A DNA stretch of 64,000 nucleotides, taken from contig QPMI01000262.1 in assembly GCA_004431415.1 (NCBI GenBank), positions 43,823 through 107,822 of the forward strand. Direction: 5' to 3'. Source of the stretch: Cyanophora paradoxa CCMP329 (taxonomy: Eukaryota; Plantae; Glaucophyta). The notes below the pieces were generated by a model. It was not told the origin of the DNA. It worked only from the letters and a program-made list of their open reading frames with translations, and did no database searches. Made by a program: the position numbers and the translations under genes. Of the stretch, positions 33,083 through 46,695 are shown in pieces. Positions within the stretch are counted from its first letter, which is position 1, and each line of letters starts with the position of its first letter.

Positions 33083-35523
33083 ATGGAGGTCGAGCTCAGG
33101 CAGCCCAGCGGCGATTCACACTACGCGCGGATCTGTACGGGATGCGCAGACGCGCTCAGCTCATCGGCCGCAGCGAGGCACCGGTGAGCTGCGGGGCAGG
33201 TCATATCCGCTTGCGCGCGCACGAGACCGGACCCGCGGCGGGCGGGCGTGGGCGATCAGCCTGCGGTCTAACGAAATTAGTTCTATTCTCTCTCTTTTGC
33301 GTCTAATCTTGGCCTGTACGCAGCTGCCTCTGCTGCAGGCGGTCACTCCGGGCCTCGGGGCCTTCTAGCCCCGGCTCTGCGCTGCGGGCCGGCAAGCGGG
33401 TGTTCATTCGGTTAAAGTTCACCCCGGCCAAGCGGCGGCACGCATCGCGCGGGGCGGGGCGCGACGGGGCCGCCTCGACTGGCGACTCGTCCGTGGACAC
33501 GGGCGATGTCGAGCGCGGGGATCTCGCGGGGGGCGCTGCGGGCGGGCGCGGGGAGGAGGGATCGTGCGGGGTATCGATTGCGCAGCTCCCCGAGGACGTG
33601 CTCCTCCACATCCTCTCCTTCCTCGTCCGCCCCCGCCCCCGCCCGCTCCAGCGCGCCGGCCCCGCGGCGAGCGGCGCGGCGCGCAGGATAAGCGCGAGCT
33701 CATCATCTCGGTCTCTCTCGTGTGCCACGCCTGGCGCGAGCTCGCAGCGTGCGCCGCCGCCCCGCCGCGCGTCTCGGGCGGGGACCGACGCGGGGTGGAC
33801 GGGCAGGGAGCCGTGCCTGTGGCGGGAGCTGCAACTGACGAAGTACGGGGAGCGGGTGACGGACGGGCTGCTGCAGCGCGTCGCCGACCACTGCCCCGAG
33901 CTCACCGTCCTCGACCTCTCCCGCTGCCCAGGCCCGCCACCCCCCGCCCCGCCCCGTCCCTCTTCGGGCGCTCACGCCGCCCCGCAGGCTTCGGGCTGGC
34001 CGGCCTGCAGGCCCTCGCCGCCGTCGGCCCGACGCTGCGCCGCCTCGACCTCACCGGGTGCGCCCCTTGCTTTCCTTTTCCCTCCTTTGGGGCCGGGGCG
34101 AGCGGGGCGGGGCAGGTGCGGCGGGGTGAAGATGGAGTGCCTGGCGGGGCTGGCGCACCTGCCGTGCCTGGAGGAGCTCGCCGTCAGCAACACCGAGATC
34201 CTCCGCCGCGCCACCGACCGCACCATCCCCCGCCTCCCCCGGTCCGCCCCCGCCCCCCCGCAGCCCGCCCCTGGCCTCCTCCCGGCCGAGCCCCCGCCGC
34301 AGGCTCTCGTCGCTGAACATCTCGGGGATCGCGCTGGACGGGGCGCTGCTGGGGGCCGTGGCGGCCGCGTGGGGCCGCTCCCTCACGCGCCTCGTGGCGC
34401 GGGAGATCTACAACCTCACCCCGGACACCGTCTTTGCCTTCTGCGCCACCCCGCGCCTCGTCGAGCTCGAGTTCCAGATCTCCCGCGGGTCCGCCCCGCC
34501 CCGCCCCGCCCCGCCCGCCCCGCCCCGCCCGCCTGCCGGGGCTGAGGGCGGGGCAGGGCGTGCTGGACGACGGCGGCGCCGCTGGGGCGGCTGACGGCGC
34601 TGGAGCGGCTCTCGATCCCGGACGCCCTCGACGACGAGGCGCGCGAGGCGTGCGCCGACCTCGCCTGGCTCGCCCCCCTCGCCCGCCTCCAGGAGCTCCG
34701 CGTCGGCGCCTGCCGCCCCTCCCCGGAGGGCCTCGCCGCCCTCGCCTCCCTCCCCGCCCTCTCCCGCCTCCGCCTCACCCTCGCCTCCGCCCCCGGCCCG
34801 CCCCTCGCCGCCGCCCTCCACCGCCTCCCGCGCCTCACGGCGCTGCACCTGCGGGACAGCGCGGGGAGCCCGTTCCCGGGGCCTTCTGGGACGCGCTGCC
34901 GGCGCTCCCCGCGCTGCGCTCCTTCAAGGCCCGCATCTCCGCCCTCCACGACGCCGCCCCCGCCGCCCCGCCCCGCCCCACGCCCCCGCCCCGGGCGTCC
35001 CCGCCGCCGTCGCCGCCGCCGAGGCCCTCGCCTCCGCCGCCCGCGACGAGGACGAGGCCGGGCGCGACGAGGCCGGCGCGGGGCCGCACGGGGCCGGCGG
35101 GCGGGAGCGGTGCGGGACAGAGCGGCTGGCGGGGCGCTGCTGCGGCAGCCGGCCCTCTCGAGCGTGACCCTCAAGCTCCTCAACGCCGTCTCCTTCCGCC
35201 CGGGGCCCCTCGCCCCGTCGTCGCCCGCCTCTCCTCCTTCCACCTCCGCCTCAACGACTCCTGCCTCGTCGTCGGCGACCGCAGGCCCGCCCCCGCCCCC
35301 GCGCCCCGCCCGCCCCGCCCGGCCCGCCCCGCCCCGCCCGCCCTGACGCCGCCCGCAGCTGCCTGTACGAGAAGCACGTCTCCGTGCACCTCCTCACCTT
35401 TGCGGGCGCCCCCGCCCCGGGGCCCGCCCCGCCCCGCTCCCCGCCCCGGCCCCGGGCCCCGCCCCCGGTCCCGTCCCTGCGGCGCCGGCCCCGCACGGCG
35501 TGGCGGACGTGACCTTCCTCTGA
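33083..35523 (+). CDS. F-box/LRR protein
   Basis: F-box IAQLPEDVLLHILSFL|...VSLVCHAWRELA..LWREL, followed by Cys-containing LRRs (CPELTVLDLSRC, LRRLDLT, LEELAVSN). Both ends are approximate. Confidence 0.8.
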
Positions 35524-35994
35524 GCCCGCCGCCCCCGGCCTCGGCCTCGGCCTCCCGGACACCTGCCGCCCTCCGGCACTCTTTCGCCCCCGCCGCCAGT
35601 CCCGCGGCTCTATCTACCGGATCTGGGCCCCGAGCTCAGCTTTAATTTTCCACTTTGTATTTGTAGGTTAATGGCTCGGCACACTTGCGTGCTCGCCTCA
35701 ATTTTGTCCTTGGATCTTAGCCGCACGGTTTCGATCCAGTTTTCGTTGAACTTGCAGCCGCTGAGCCGAGCAGCTTACTCGTCTCGAGCTCTCGGCTATA
35801 GCTAGCGCTTAGCTTCGTCTGGGAATATATATCGTTATGGACGTTGACCACCATGCCAAGATGTGTCAATCTGTTTTTGGATGATGCTGCGTGCATTGCA
35901 GTAGTCGTAGTGGCAATCCAGTCAGGGCATACGTAGGGATTACAAGTTATAATTAGCTTCAGTGTTATGTAAGCAGAGCGCTAGCGATGTGCTT

Positions 35995-37533
35995 TCACAT
36001 GGGTAATATAATTGCGTAGCGAATGGTAGTAATTGTGGTTTCGATTGAAGCAGAGGTGGCCTGATGGCGTCCGCCAGTTCCAGAACATCCGCCCGCAACG
36101 ATTTGCATTAGCACACAACAACAACTACTAGGAGTTTCACATCGCCCAATTTATCTCTCCGACTAGATAACACTGAGGACCGTCGAGTGCTGTGCTCTGT
36201 CTAAGTGGTGGGAAATTCTATCTACGTCCTATATCTACAAATGGGGCGAGAGGCCGAAAGATACACCTGCAGAAAAAGCCCAGCGCCCTACGCAGACCGA
36301 TGAAGGCAAACAGAGCGCGCAAACACCCTCCAGACGTGGAAGTCCGCCCTAGGGAAGACCCACGTATAGCGAAGGGCAGGAAAGGCACTACGCCTGACAA
36401 GCCAAAGTCGACGGAAAGACCTGAGCTTCCCTGCATGTGGAAAAGAACCGCCATCTAGCGACTCGACTGCGAGGAGATGAGGAGCGGAACGAAATGAGAG
36501 AGCGCCGATGAGCCCCAGCTGCCAAGCAAGGGAGCGGGGGCCGCCAGAACATCCGCCCGCGTCTCGGCGCTGCACGCGGGGCGCGCCACAGCGGAATGCC
36601 TTCCTGAATTGATCGACGAGACTCCGTCCGCGAGCTCGAGCTGTGCAAGCGGGATTCTTCCGCCCGCGACCCCTCGCCGGTGGCCTCCAGAGGTGCCGGC
36701 CGCAGCCTCGGGCTGCTGCTGGTCCAAGACGTTGAAGCTGAGGGTCTCGACTCCCCCGAGGCTGAATGGACCGACACACATCAGAAAGAAGACGAACGCG
36801 GAATCTTCTTGCGGCTTCTTCGGTTGCCGACGACCGACGGAGCGGAAGCGGGGAGGTGGGTGCCGCGCGAGTAGTTGCGATTGCTGATCGACGAACTCAG
36901 CGCCTCTCGCGCCTCTCCTTCTCCTTGCGCCTCAACTCCTCGGCCTTGGTCGCGAGATGGTATCTTAGGCCGACGAGGTGCTTCGTGTGCTTGGCGAGCG
37001 CGGCCTTGGCCTCCTCTGGCGAGATCCCGCGGGCCACCTGCGGAGCTCGAGCCTGTCAAACAAGGGCAGACACGCACAGCGCACACAATCGTACGTGATG
37101 AGATATGTAAACTGGATCTTTGATCTGCGCGAGCAGATTCGGGTCGCGCTGCTTCGCTTTCTTGCCTGCGGAGGGCATTGGCGTTCTGCATGCAGGGTTT
37201 GAGAACAGCCCGCGCACCGGCGAGCTTTTCACGAATCGAGAGAACTGTTCCAGAAAGCTTCTCCTGGTCGGCAGGCGATGCTGCAGCGGCGTTCGCTGCC
37301 CGCGGCGCCGGCCGAGAGCTCGACTCGCTCGGGGCGCTCGAGCTGGCCGCTGCGGTTGTCGGCGGCGGCGCTAATGCCGCTGCGGGGTTCGCCGAAGGCG
37401 CGCTCTCGGCGCTGGAAGACGCCGCCTGCGCGGCGGCCTCGGCTGCAGCGGCGGCGCGCTTCGCTTTCGAGATGTAGGGTTTCAGCGGCGGGTTCGCGCC
37501 ATCCGCAGCCGGGCCGCCCGCGCGGGAGGCCAT
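35995..37533 (-). CDS. Hypothetical protein (Ala/Ser/Pro-rich N-terminus, short coiled coil)
   Basis: ATG at 37533 is divergent from the DUF155 gene. Protein-like exons (KLSGTVLSIREKL; EEAKAALAKHTKHLVGLRYHLATKAEELRRKEKE). Downstream exon structure is unresolved. Confidence 0.45.
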
Positions 37534-37614
37534 GCAGGGGACGCCAACGAGCCGGGAGGATGCAGAGGACTCTGAAAGTTAGTTGGCAGAAGTTATTCGG
37601 TAGCCCGCAAAAAA

Positions 37615-39667
37615 ATGGCGTTCGCGGTCGGCCTCTGCCGGGCCCTCGCGTCCCAGCGTTCTCTCTTGCCCGATGAGTCCGTATCGCCATTGCTATCGCA
37701 GCAGGCTCCGCCGGCGTGCTGGCGACCGAACCGCGCCGACTTGCGCGGCCGTGTGTGGAGCGCGGTCCAGTCTTCGCGGTTCTTCGGAGAACGCGTGAAG
37801 ACGCCGATCTTTCAGGCTCGCACCCAGCAGCCGATCGTTCAGCCTGGCGTCGTGTGCGAGCAGGGCGGAAGCCTCCGCGGCGCGAAGGGAGCGTCGGACG
37901 AGGACCTCCTGGAGCTGCTCGAGTACGAGGAGGACGAGTTCGACGAGGACGACGAGGGCGCCAGCATCCCCCAGCGGCCCGCTCGCAACTCGCGCTCGGC
38001 GGCTGGATCGAAGGACTCGCCGAAGCGAGCGCGCGGCCGGCAGCTCGGCAAGGGCCGCCGAGTCTACACCAACGAGGTCAAAAGCGTCCGGTGCGGGCTG
38101 GCGGGGCTGGCGCGGGCGTGGCGGCGGTGGCACTGAGGGGCTGCAGGTCGTACTGCGTGGCGACGTCGTTCAAGATGCGGGCGCTGCTGAGCTACCTGCA
38201 GCAGCAGGAGGACATGCCCATCCGCGTCTACCGCGACGTCATCTACGCCCGCCGCTTCACCGGTGCGAACCGCAGCCCCCGGGGGCCCCGGGCCGGCCTC
38301 ACGGGCGGGGCGCAGAGGGGTCGGAGGAGGACGGGGGGGACGTGTTCTACTTCCCCTACGGCGTGATCGTCTCCTGGGGCCTCCGCCGCTCCCAGGAGCA
38401 GCGCCTCCTCGACGAGATCCGCGAGTTCGCCGTGCGCCCCGCCCCGAGCCCGCTTCGGGCCGGCGGGGCGGGGGCCTCATGGGCGGGGCGGGGCGCAGGA
38501 GGAGCCGGTGCCGCGGGTGCAGCTGGACTCGATGGAGTACACGTACGGCGCCACCACCCGCATCCGCAACGACGAGGTCCCCCGCCCCGCCCGCCCGCCC
38601 GCCCCGCCCCGCCCCCGCCCACGCCCCGCCGCCGCAGATCGTGCTGCCGCGGAGCCCGTCCCTCTCCGAGGACTTGCTCGACAACAACGGGTGCCGCCGC
38701 CCCGCCTGGCGTCGCCCGGGGCGGGGCGTGGGGGGTGACGGGGCGGGGGCAGGTGGGCGGGGCGCGAGTGGGAGAAGGTCGTGCTCCTGAAGCTCAGCCA
38801 CTCGCACGGGATGGCCCAGGCGCGCCCCGCCCGCCTGCGCCGGCCGCCCGGGGCCCGCCGCCTGACGTGCCGCCAGAGCGTGAAGCTGATTGTGTTCGAG
38901 GACAAGGTCCAGTCCACCATCCGCAAGACCCGCTACATCCCCCAGGTGCCCCGCCCCGCCGCCCCCCGCCCGCCGGCGCGGGGACTGGGGCCGGGGAGTG
39001 ACGGGCGGGGCGGCAGGTGATGGCACAGACGGGCAAGATCAAGCTGACGAGCAAGGAGATGCACCGGTGCGCTCGCTCGCCCGCCCGCGCGCCCGGCCGC
39101 CTCGGGGAGGGAGGGGCGAGGCGGGGCGGGCGGGGGGTGACGGGGCGGGGGGCCCGGGCCAGGCGGGTGGGGGAGATCCTCTTCGAGCGGCACTCGATCA
39201 ACCTGCACTCGGACATCCTCGACGTCCCCGAGTTCTTCTGGCCCGCCCCCCCGCCCCGCCCCGGCGCGATCGGAGGAGGGGGCTGAGGGGCGGGGCAGGG
39301 AGTACACGGAGCTGGAGCCGGTGTACGAGATCACGGCGCGGTACCTGGACGTGGAGAAGCGCGTCGAGGTCCTCAACCGCCGCCTCGACATCGTCCGCGA
39401 GCTCTTCGACCTGTCCGCGCCCCCGCCCCGCCCCGCCTTGGCCCCCCCGCCCCGGGCCCCCGCCCCCGCCCCGCCGAGCCGCCGGGCAGGCTGAGCACGG
39501 AGCTGAACCACAAGTACTCCTCCCGCCTCGAGTGGATCATCATCATCCTCATCGTCATCGAGGTGCGCGCGCCGGCCGGGCGCGAGGCACGGGACGAGGC
39601 CCCAGCCTCAGGCCGCGCCCCGCAGGTCATCCTCTCCTTCTCCAAGGACGTCTTCCACATCCTCTAG
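37615..39667 (+). CDS. DUF155 (RMND1/Rmd1/Sif2/YagE family) protein with MAF-type plastid transit peptide
   Basis: SYCVATSF, VFYFPYGVIVSWG, SHGMAQ|SVKL..FE, INLHSDILDVPEFFW, YLDVEKRVEVLNRRL, RLEWIIIILIVIE. Confidence 0.9.
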
Positions 39668-40872
39668 CGCCCTCCATTCTCCGCGCCGGCCCGGCCCCCG
39701 CTCTGCCGCCCGCCGGGGCCCTTTCCGCACCTTTCGAGCTCCCACCGGTGGCACCGGAGCCCACCGTAGTACTTTCATCCAGGAGGACCCCTTTCGTAGA
39801 ACCAGTTTTGGCGCCTATGCGGCCAGGCCCGCCGGACCTCTTGTCGAGACCGGCCTCATAGTTGACGGACTTGGGTTTGGGTAGGCTGGGACATTGGTAG
39901 AGGCAACGCTTGACGTAGGCATAAGTATAGCTAGCGAGCATTTTGCTTTGGGTAGCGGCTGCTAGCGGGCAGTCGTTTCGGTGTGCAGCTGCTGATTGCG
40001 CTCGCAGCAATGGACCATGCCCATGGGCATCCCAAGTTCGGCCTCTTTCAAGTTTCTATGCGTATGCGTAGGCGGCTCGACATTCTTTGAATTTGAAGTA
40101 CTAGTAGTAGTCGTAACTTGTAACGATTGCTTACGTTCATTGCAATTGATCATGACCAGCTGAGCAGCCATGACCAGGCCCGCGTGCATGCGCGTATAAG
40201 GGATCCAGCCGGCCTGGCAGACCCCGGTTGCGATCGGCGTCGTCATGATCACTCTGTCACAGTGTTGACGTATACGTACGCGTTCACACGCGCGCCCAGC
40301 GCCCGTTGCGGGCCGGGCATGCGCATGCGCGCGCAGCGCTAGCTATCATAGTACTAGTATAGCTAGCGCGCGCGCTAGCGCTTGATCATGATCATGATCA
40401 TGAGCCGACCGCCGGGCGCCCCCGGCGCCGCGACGCGCCTGCGCCGATGACCATGAGCTTTCCGGCCACTAGTGCTGGGGCGGCTGATCATGACTGTGAG
40501 CAGCGCGTACGCCGTGACGGGCGTCGGGCCGACCAGCGGCCGGCGAAACGCTCGGACCTTATTGTCTTCTTCCCCCCCAACTTGGGGTACAGCGGGTCAG
40601 CAGCTCCCGAAGTAGGAGCAGGCGGCCGAAGACTTCCGCAGGGGCCGCGGGGCAGAATTCAGGCACCGGCACAGTGTAGAAGCACCGGTCCAGCGTCAGA
40701 GAGCGTGTGGCTAGCACGCCCGCGCTCCCAGCTGCTAACTCGGAGCTTACCAGCTCGGCTCCTTTGGCGGCGGTCATACCGGCTAGCATAGACTGGTCCG
40801 GTCGAGGCAGGCGACCTTCGCTGTTGAGAGCTAAGCCTTGGGGCGAGAGCGCGAACAACATCATTTAGCAAG

Positions 40873-43347
40873 ATGGCGCAGAAGGAGCAGGTCTATGCTG
40901 CTGTTCTTTCCAATCTGGTGGTAGCGAAGAAGGTACGCTGGCGCACTTAGCCCTATGGGGGCTGGTCGCTGCGGTCCGACAACCTGCCCGCGCAGGAAAT
41001 AACAACAACGACAAACAAGCCGAAAAGATGTAAGCCTGATCAAAGCTCTTTTAGCTCTTGCCAGCTGTAAGCACTCCGCGCTGATCTCCCGCTTGCAGTG
41101 TCGCGCCCCGATATGACCCAGGTTTGTGCCAGTCTGTTCTGCGCGAACCCACGCAGCAGAGAGGGATCGCTTGTCATTGAGGGATAAACATCGATCCTTC
41201 TGTCCTGAGTGCGGGCAAAGGCGCTTAATAGTCGCGCGGACAGGATGTCAAGCAGGCGTTGGAGAACCCGGTCCCGATACAGGAGGTCTCCGTCGAGGAG
41301 AGGAAGAAAGCCTTTCGTTTCGTCGAATCTCCAGAGGTGATCCGCGGCTTGCCTGGAAGCGAACGGAGCGGCGGCGGCTTAAGCGCCCGGGTCGCAGGTC
41401 TATGCCCGCCCCGCCGATGCAGACCCTCCGGAGGACCCCGCAGAGAAGAACCGGAAAGCGATCGACGTCGAGGTGCGTGTGATGTGCGCTGCGGCGGGGC
41501 CTGGGAGCCGACAAGGCGGCAGGAACTGCTGCGGCCGCTCTTCGACGAGCTGCTGGAGGCGGGGAAGACGGAGAAGGAGATGGTCCAGGCTCTGCAGGTG
41601 CAGCCGCCCACCGGCGCGGGCGCTCGGCGGCGGGGCCGGCTGACGCGGCAGGGCGGCGGCAGGGCTATATGGACGAGCAGATGAAAACGCTCACCGAGGA
41701 GAACAAGGGCATCGTCGTTCCGATCGTGGACGGGCTCTTCGGCAAAGCGCAGGCGCGCCCGCCGACGGGGCGGGGTGGCGGGCGGCGCGGCGGGGCGGGC
41801 GGTGACGGGGCGGGGCGCGGGTGTGCAGGAGGAGCTGGAGCGTGCGACGGCGTTCGAGAAGGAGCGGAACGACAAGCTTTTCAACGAGATCAAGGACCAG
41901 GTCGAGGAGGAGGCCGACGTCCTCAAGAAGAAGGCACGCCCCCGCGCCGCCCCGCCCGGCGCGCCCGGCGCGGCCCGGCGCGGCCCGGCGGGGCCCGGCG
42001 GGGCGGCCAGCTGAGGCGGCCTCGCGCAGCTCTCTAGCGGGTCCTTCCGTCAGAACTTCGCCCGCCTCGCGGCGCACAAGCAACGAGAGCGGGACGAGGC
42101 CGAGTGGAAGGAGAAGGTCCGCGCCACTCCAGGACGCGCCCCAGGGCTGCGCCTGAGGGCCCCCTCCCGCCGCGCAGTTCAACGTGCAGAACGCCGAAAT
42201 AAAGGCGCTGAAGGAGCAATTAGACAAGGAGAAGAAGGCGCGGAGCACGGACGCGAAGAGGTGCGCGGGGGGCCGCCCCGGAGGCGGCGCGGGGCGGGCG
42301 GGGGCTGAGGCGCTGGCGGCGGGGCGCAGCTTTGAGGAGCGGCTGGCGAAGGAGAAGGCCGAGTGGGAGAAGCAGCGGGCGAGCGCGGCGCCGACGGCCA
42401 AGGAGAAGCCCGACCCGGCAGCGGGCAAGTGGAAGCAGGAGAAGACGGAGCTGGAGGACAAGCTGCGGCGGCTCGCCAAGGAGAACGAGGACCTCACCAA
42501 GGTCGTCACGGAGCTCCGCCACTTCCGCGTTCGCCCCGCCCCGCCCCGCCCCGCCCCGCCCGCCGAGCCCGGCCCGGACCGACGCGGCGGCGGCAGGCGA
42601 AGATGCAGCAGATGCACGCACAGCACCGGATGGAGCAGCAGAACGGCTTCCGCAGGTCCGCCGCGCCCCCGCCGCCGCGCGCCGCCCGCGGGCCGGGGCG
42701 CGGCGCTGAGCGCGGCGGGGCGCAGCGGGAGCAACTCGAACATGTCGCCGGGGGCGCTGGCTGCGGCGGCGGCGATGGACGCGATGGGCGAGGACGGCGA
42801 CGGCGCCCTCGAGGGCGAGGACGGCGACGCGCCCCAGGCCCAGTCCTTCGTCAACGGTCCGCCCCGCCCCCGCCCGCCCCGCCCCCGCCCGCGCCCCTGC
42901 CCACAGGCCGCCCCTGCAGGCTCGTTCGGCGGCGTGAAGAAGGCGTACGGGGCGCCGAAGCCGGGGACGAAGAAGCCGCTGGCGGCGGGGCCCCCCGTGG
43001 GGCGCCCCGCGATGTCCCCCGGGGTCTACAAGGCGAGCGGGGCGGGCGGGGCGGGGCGGGCCGGGGCTGACGGGGCGGGGCGGCAGATGAACGGGCAGGC
43101 GACGCTGGGCCCGCCGGGGCTGGGGGCGAAGCCGAAGGCGCGCTCGCAGGGGAGCCTGCACGGGGCGGCCGGCCCCGGCGGCACCGCCGACGAGATGATG
43201 GCCGCCTACGCCGGCCACGCCGGCGCCGCCCTCCGCCAGAACCTCCGCTCCGGCGGCGGCGTCGGCACCGGGCCCCTCCGCGCCACCCCCGCCGCCAGCC
43301 CGCCCGCCAACGGCATACGGCACGTCGCCAGCACGCCGCAGGTCTAG
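40873..43347 (+). CDS. Hypothetical coiled-coil protein
   Basis: Spliceable E/K-rich exons (EELERATAFEKERNDKLFNEIKDQVEEE; ELEDKLRRLAKENEDLTKVVTEL) and a Gly/Pro-rich tail ending at 43347. Start is uncertain. Confidence 0.6.
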
Positions 43348-43684
43348 CACCCTTTCCCTCGCCTGTAAAGTCCTCCACGGCCGTCCCTCTCTCTCGGGGC
43401 GACTAGCTAGTGCGCCAGTATTTACGTATACCGTAGGTATCTCAGCTAGGTCGGAATGTTTGAATGCCATTTCTTTCTTCCCAGCGCGCACTCGCTGCCG
43501 CCCCCCGCTACTAGAGAGAGCGAAGAGCGAAAGGATCAGTACTTGGAAAGTACGTAGAACATGGACGGGAGATTCTCAAAGAAACGCTGCCTACACTGGC
43601 TGAGGTCTGCGCGGGAAGAGGCCAGGTGGGGTGAGGTGGGCAAGGAAGGGCGAGAATGAATGCAAAAGCTGACAGACCACTTGT

Positions 43685-44283
43685 CTATACGGGCAGGCGG
43701 CGAGTGACGAACAGCTTGTCGATGGCCTGCTTGACGCCGGGCATGCTGAGGATGGGACCGATAACAGGGAGCCTCCGCATGAAGGCGACGGCGATGGGGA
43801 AGAAGTCGCTGCGGGACGGCTAAGCGGAGGGCGAGCGGGCGGCGCCGCTGCTGCGAGTCGCACCCGAAGAGGTTAAGAAAACCGAACATCTCCAGGCACA
43901 TGCCGAAGAAGGTCCAGCCCAAGAGGACGAGAGAGATGCCGCCGAAGAAGCATATCGAGCCACGCAGCTTGCGCTTCTGGAAGAAGAACTTGCCGGTTTT
44001 CTTCATGCCGATAACAAGCGTAACACCGGAGAGGAAAAGGAGCTGCGCACAGCGAGACAGTCAGCTGGCCGTAGCGCCCCCAACACGCCACCAAGCGCAC
44101 ATTGCCCATGGCCAGCAGCGCTCGGTCGAAGAAGAAAAGGATTCCGATCATCGTGAACAGGATGCCGAAGCCTGTCAGACCTATCCCAATCTCTGAACCG
44201 CAACGAAGCTTCAGACGCCGCTCCGTGCATGCGCGCCGGCCATTCACGCAAGGCGTACTCTTATAATCATCGAGCAGCACCAT
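43685..44283 (-). CDS. GOT1: Got1/GOLT1 vesicle transport protein
   Basis: MVLLDDYK|.IGIGLTGFGILFTMIGILFFFDRALLAMGN|LLFLSGVTLVIG...FFF...EMFGFLNLFG|DFFPIAVAFMRRLPVIGPILSMPGV...RLPV*. Confidence 0.93.
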
Positions 44284-44476
44284 GGTTGCTTATTTGACCG
44301 CCTCCCGCCGCAGTGCTCGAATACTGGTGGCGTCGTTCAAACCGGCGAAACGCGCGGGGTCAGGCGGAGGGCGACGTACCTGGATAAGCTTGTGGAACTC
44401 GCTCTGACGTGTCCTTCTGGCCCTCGGATGAAGCGCCGGGAGCGGGCTTGGGGGGATACTGCAGCAGTTTAACGAC

Positions 44477-46622
44477 ATGGCCGACGCCGCCCCCAAGGAG
44501 TCCACAGACGCTCCTGCGGCACCCGCAGAGGCTGCAGAAGCGAAGCCGACGGCACCGGACGCGAAGCCCAGCGCGCCCGCCGAGCCCGCCCCCGCTCCGG
44601 CCGCCACTCCGGCCGCTGCGCCGGCTGCTGCGCCGGCTGAGGCTGCAGCTCCAACGACAGCGACGCCGACGCTCTCAGATGCCGAGAAGAAGGAGAAGAT
44701 TGGTGAGCCGGTTGTGTGTGACGACTTGATGTTCTTGTGTGACGAGCGCTGGCCCGCAGCGTCATTCTGCGGCCTCACAGGCGCGGATGATGCTGTTGCG
44801 CAAGTGTTCTTGGAAATGGCGGACTGGCTTATCGAGGTGCGCCCTGCCGGCCCGTTTCCGCCGTGCAGCCCGTGCGCTGCGTTGCGTCTGAAACATGTCC
44901 GCGCCCGCGCTCGATAAGGACGCTGTGAACTCGTGCGTTCCACCGCCCTGGATCGGGCGCACCGCGTGCTCATTGCATGCGGCAGGTACTTCGAGCACGC
45001 GAACCAGGAGCGCGCCGCGCGCGAGGCCCTCGGCGTGGCCGCGGGAGCGAAGAAGCAGTACGATCCCGGTGCGTGACGCACTCTGCATCGCAGCCAGCGC
45101 GCCGCTCTAACCACTTACGCAGATGACCCCGACCAGTTCCTGGTGCGCCTCTCCCGCGCCGGCGCTCGCGCTGCCTGAAGCGCGCGCGCGGCGGCGGCGG
45201 GGGCGGGGCGCAGGAGGACATCAAGGAGAAGAGCAAGGAGGTGCTGGACAAGGCGACGGAGTACACGTCGGCGGCGGCGAAGGCGGCGAAGGAGTCGATG
45301 GCGGCCTTCGTGCCGGAGGTCACCAAGGCGCAGAAGCTCGTGGAGGAGAACCTCAACCAGCTCACCTCCAACCTCGCCACCACCTTCACCGCAAGCAACG
45401 TGCGCCCGCCCCGGCCCCCGGCCCCGCGCGAGGCGGGGCGTCGACGCGCCGGCGCAGCTCACACAGAACGTGAACAAGCTTTGGGGGTGGCTCAGCGCCC
45501 CCGAGGAGTCCCCCGCGGTCCGCCCCGCCCTGCACCCCCAGCGGGCGCCCGGCGGCTGACGCGGGCGGCGGTGGTGGTAGCCGGCGCCGGCCGCCTCCTC
45601 TTCGTCCTCCCGCACCGCCCCGCAGCCCGTCACCGTCGTGCGCGCCCCGCCATCCCCGCCCGCCGCGGGGCACCCGCCCTCGCTCACCGCGCTCCCAGCA
45701 GCAGCAGCAGCAGCCGGCACAGCCCGCGCGGGTGCGCCGCAAGGGCCGGCCGGGGGCAGAGGCGGCGGGGGGGCGCGGGGCGGCTGAGGGATCGCTGCGC
45801 AGGCCCCGGCGGCGCTCTTCACGGACGCGGCCTTCCACGGCTTCTTCCCCGACATGTCCGCCCCGCCCGCCCGCCCGCCCGCCCGGCCCGGCCGGCGCCC
45901 CCGCCCACGCCGGCCCCGCCCCGCAGCCCCAAGGACGAGAAGCTCATCGAGGGCGCGCTCTCCCCCCGCCCGTGGGGCCGGCGGGGCAGGGCGGGGCGGG
46001 GGGGCGGCGCTGAGGCGGGCGGGGGGGGGCGGGCAGGGCGGGAGTGCACGCTGCAGCAGACGTACCGGTGCGTGAACAACTCGGCGACGCCGGAGCTGCC
46101 CCTCTCCTTCCGCGGCTACCTCTACATCACCGAGCACTTCGGCCCGCCCCGCCCCGCCCGCCCCGCCCCGCCCCGCCCAGGGCGCCCCCTCACGGGGTGC
46201 GCAGCCTGCTTCTACGTCGACGACTCCCAGTTCAAGCTCAAGATGCCGGTGCGCTGGCGCCCCGCCCGGCCGGCCCCCGGCGGGGCGGGGCTGAGGGGCG
46301 GGAGCCCGGGGCCAGATCGTGGTGTCGCTGGCGGCGGTGAAGACGATCCAGCACAGCAAGAAGAACGAGAACAAGATCCGTGTGGTGGTGGGCGAGGGCC
46401 AGGCCTACATCTTCAAGGACTTCACCGGCCCCGACTTCGACCGCATCCTCGCCACCGTCAAGGCCCGCCCGCCCCGCCCCTGGCCCCTTCCCCCGCACCG
46501 CCCCGGCCTGGCCCCTGACGCCCGGGGGCGCGCAGACGATGTGGGAGAACCTCGCCGCCGCGCAGGGCCCGCCGGCCTCCCCGTCCCCGCCCCCGGCCCC
46601 CGCCGCCCCCGCCGACCACTAG
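44477..46622 (+). CDS. UBA-like + GRAM (PH-like) domain protein
   Basis: SFCGLTGADDAVAQVFLEMADWLIE|DAVNS|YFE resembles a UBA-like domain. FHGFFPDM|PKDEKLIE..ECTL...FRGYLYITEHF|ACFY resembles GRAM. Confidence 0.72.
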
Positions 46623-46695
46623 CCCCCGCCCTCCCCCGCGCTCCCGCTCCCTCTCCAGCGAACTCGCGACCGTCTTGCCGCCGGCGAGGGGGCGC

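Noticed and set aside
39900-40870. Short ORFs (39962-40252, 40447-40791, 40559-40864)
   Set aside because: No recognisable motifs or splice pattern, and the region is palindrome-rich intergenic DNA.
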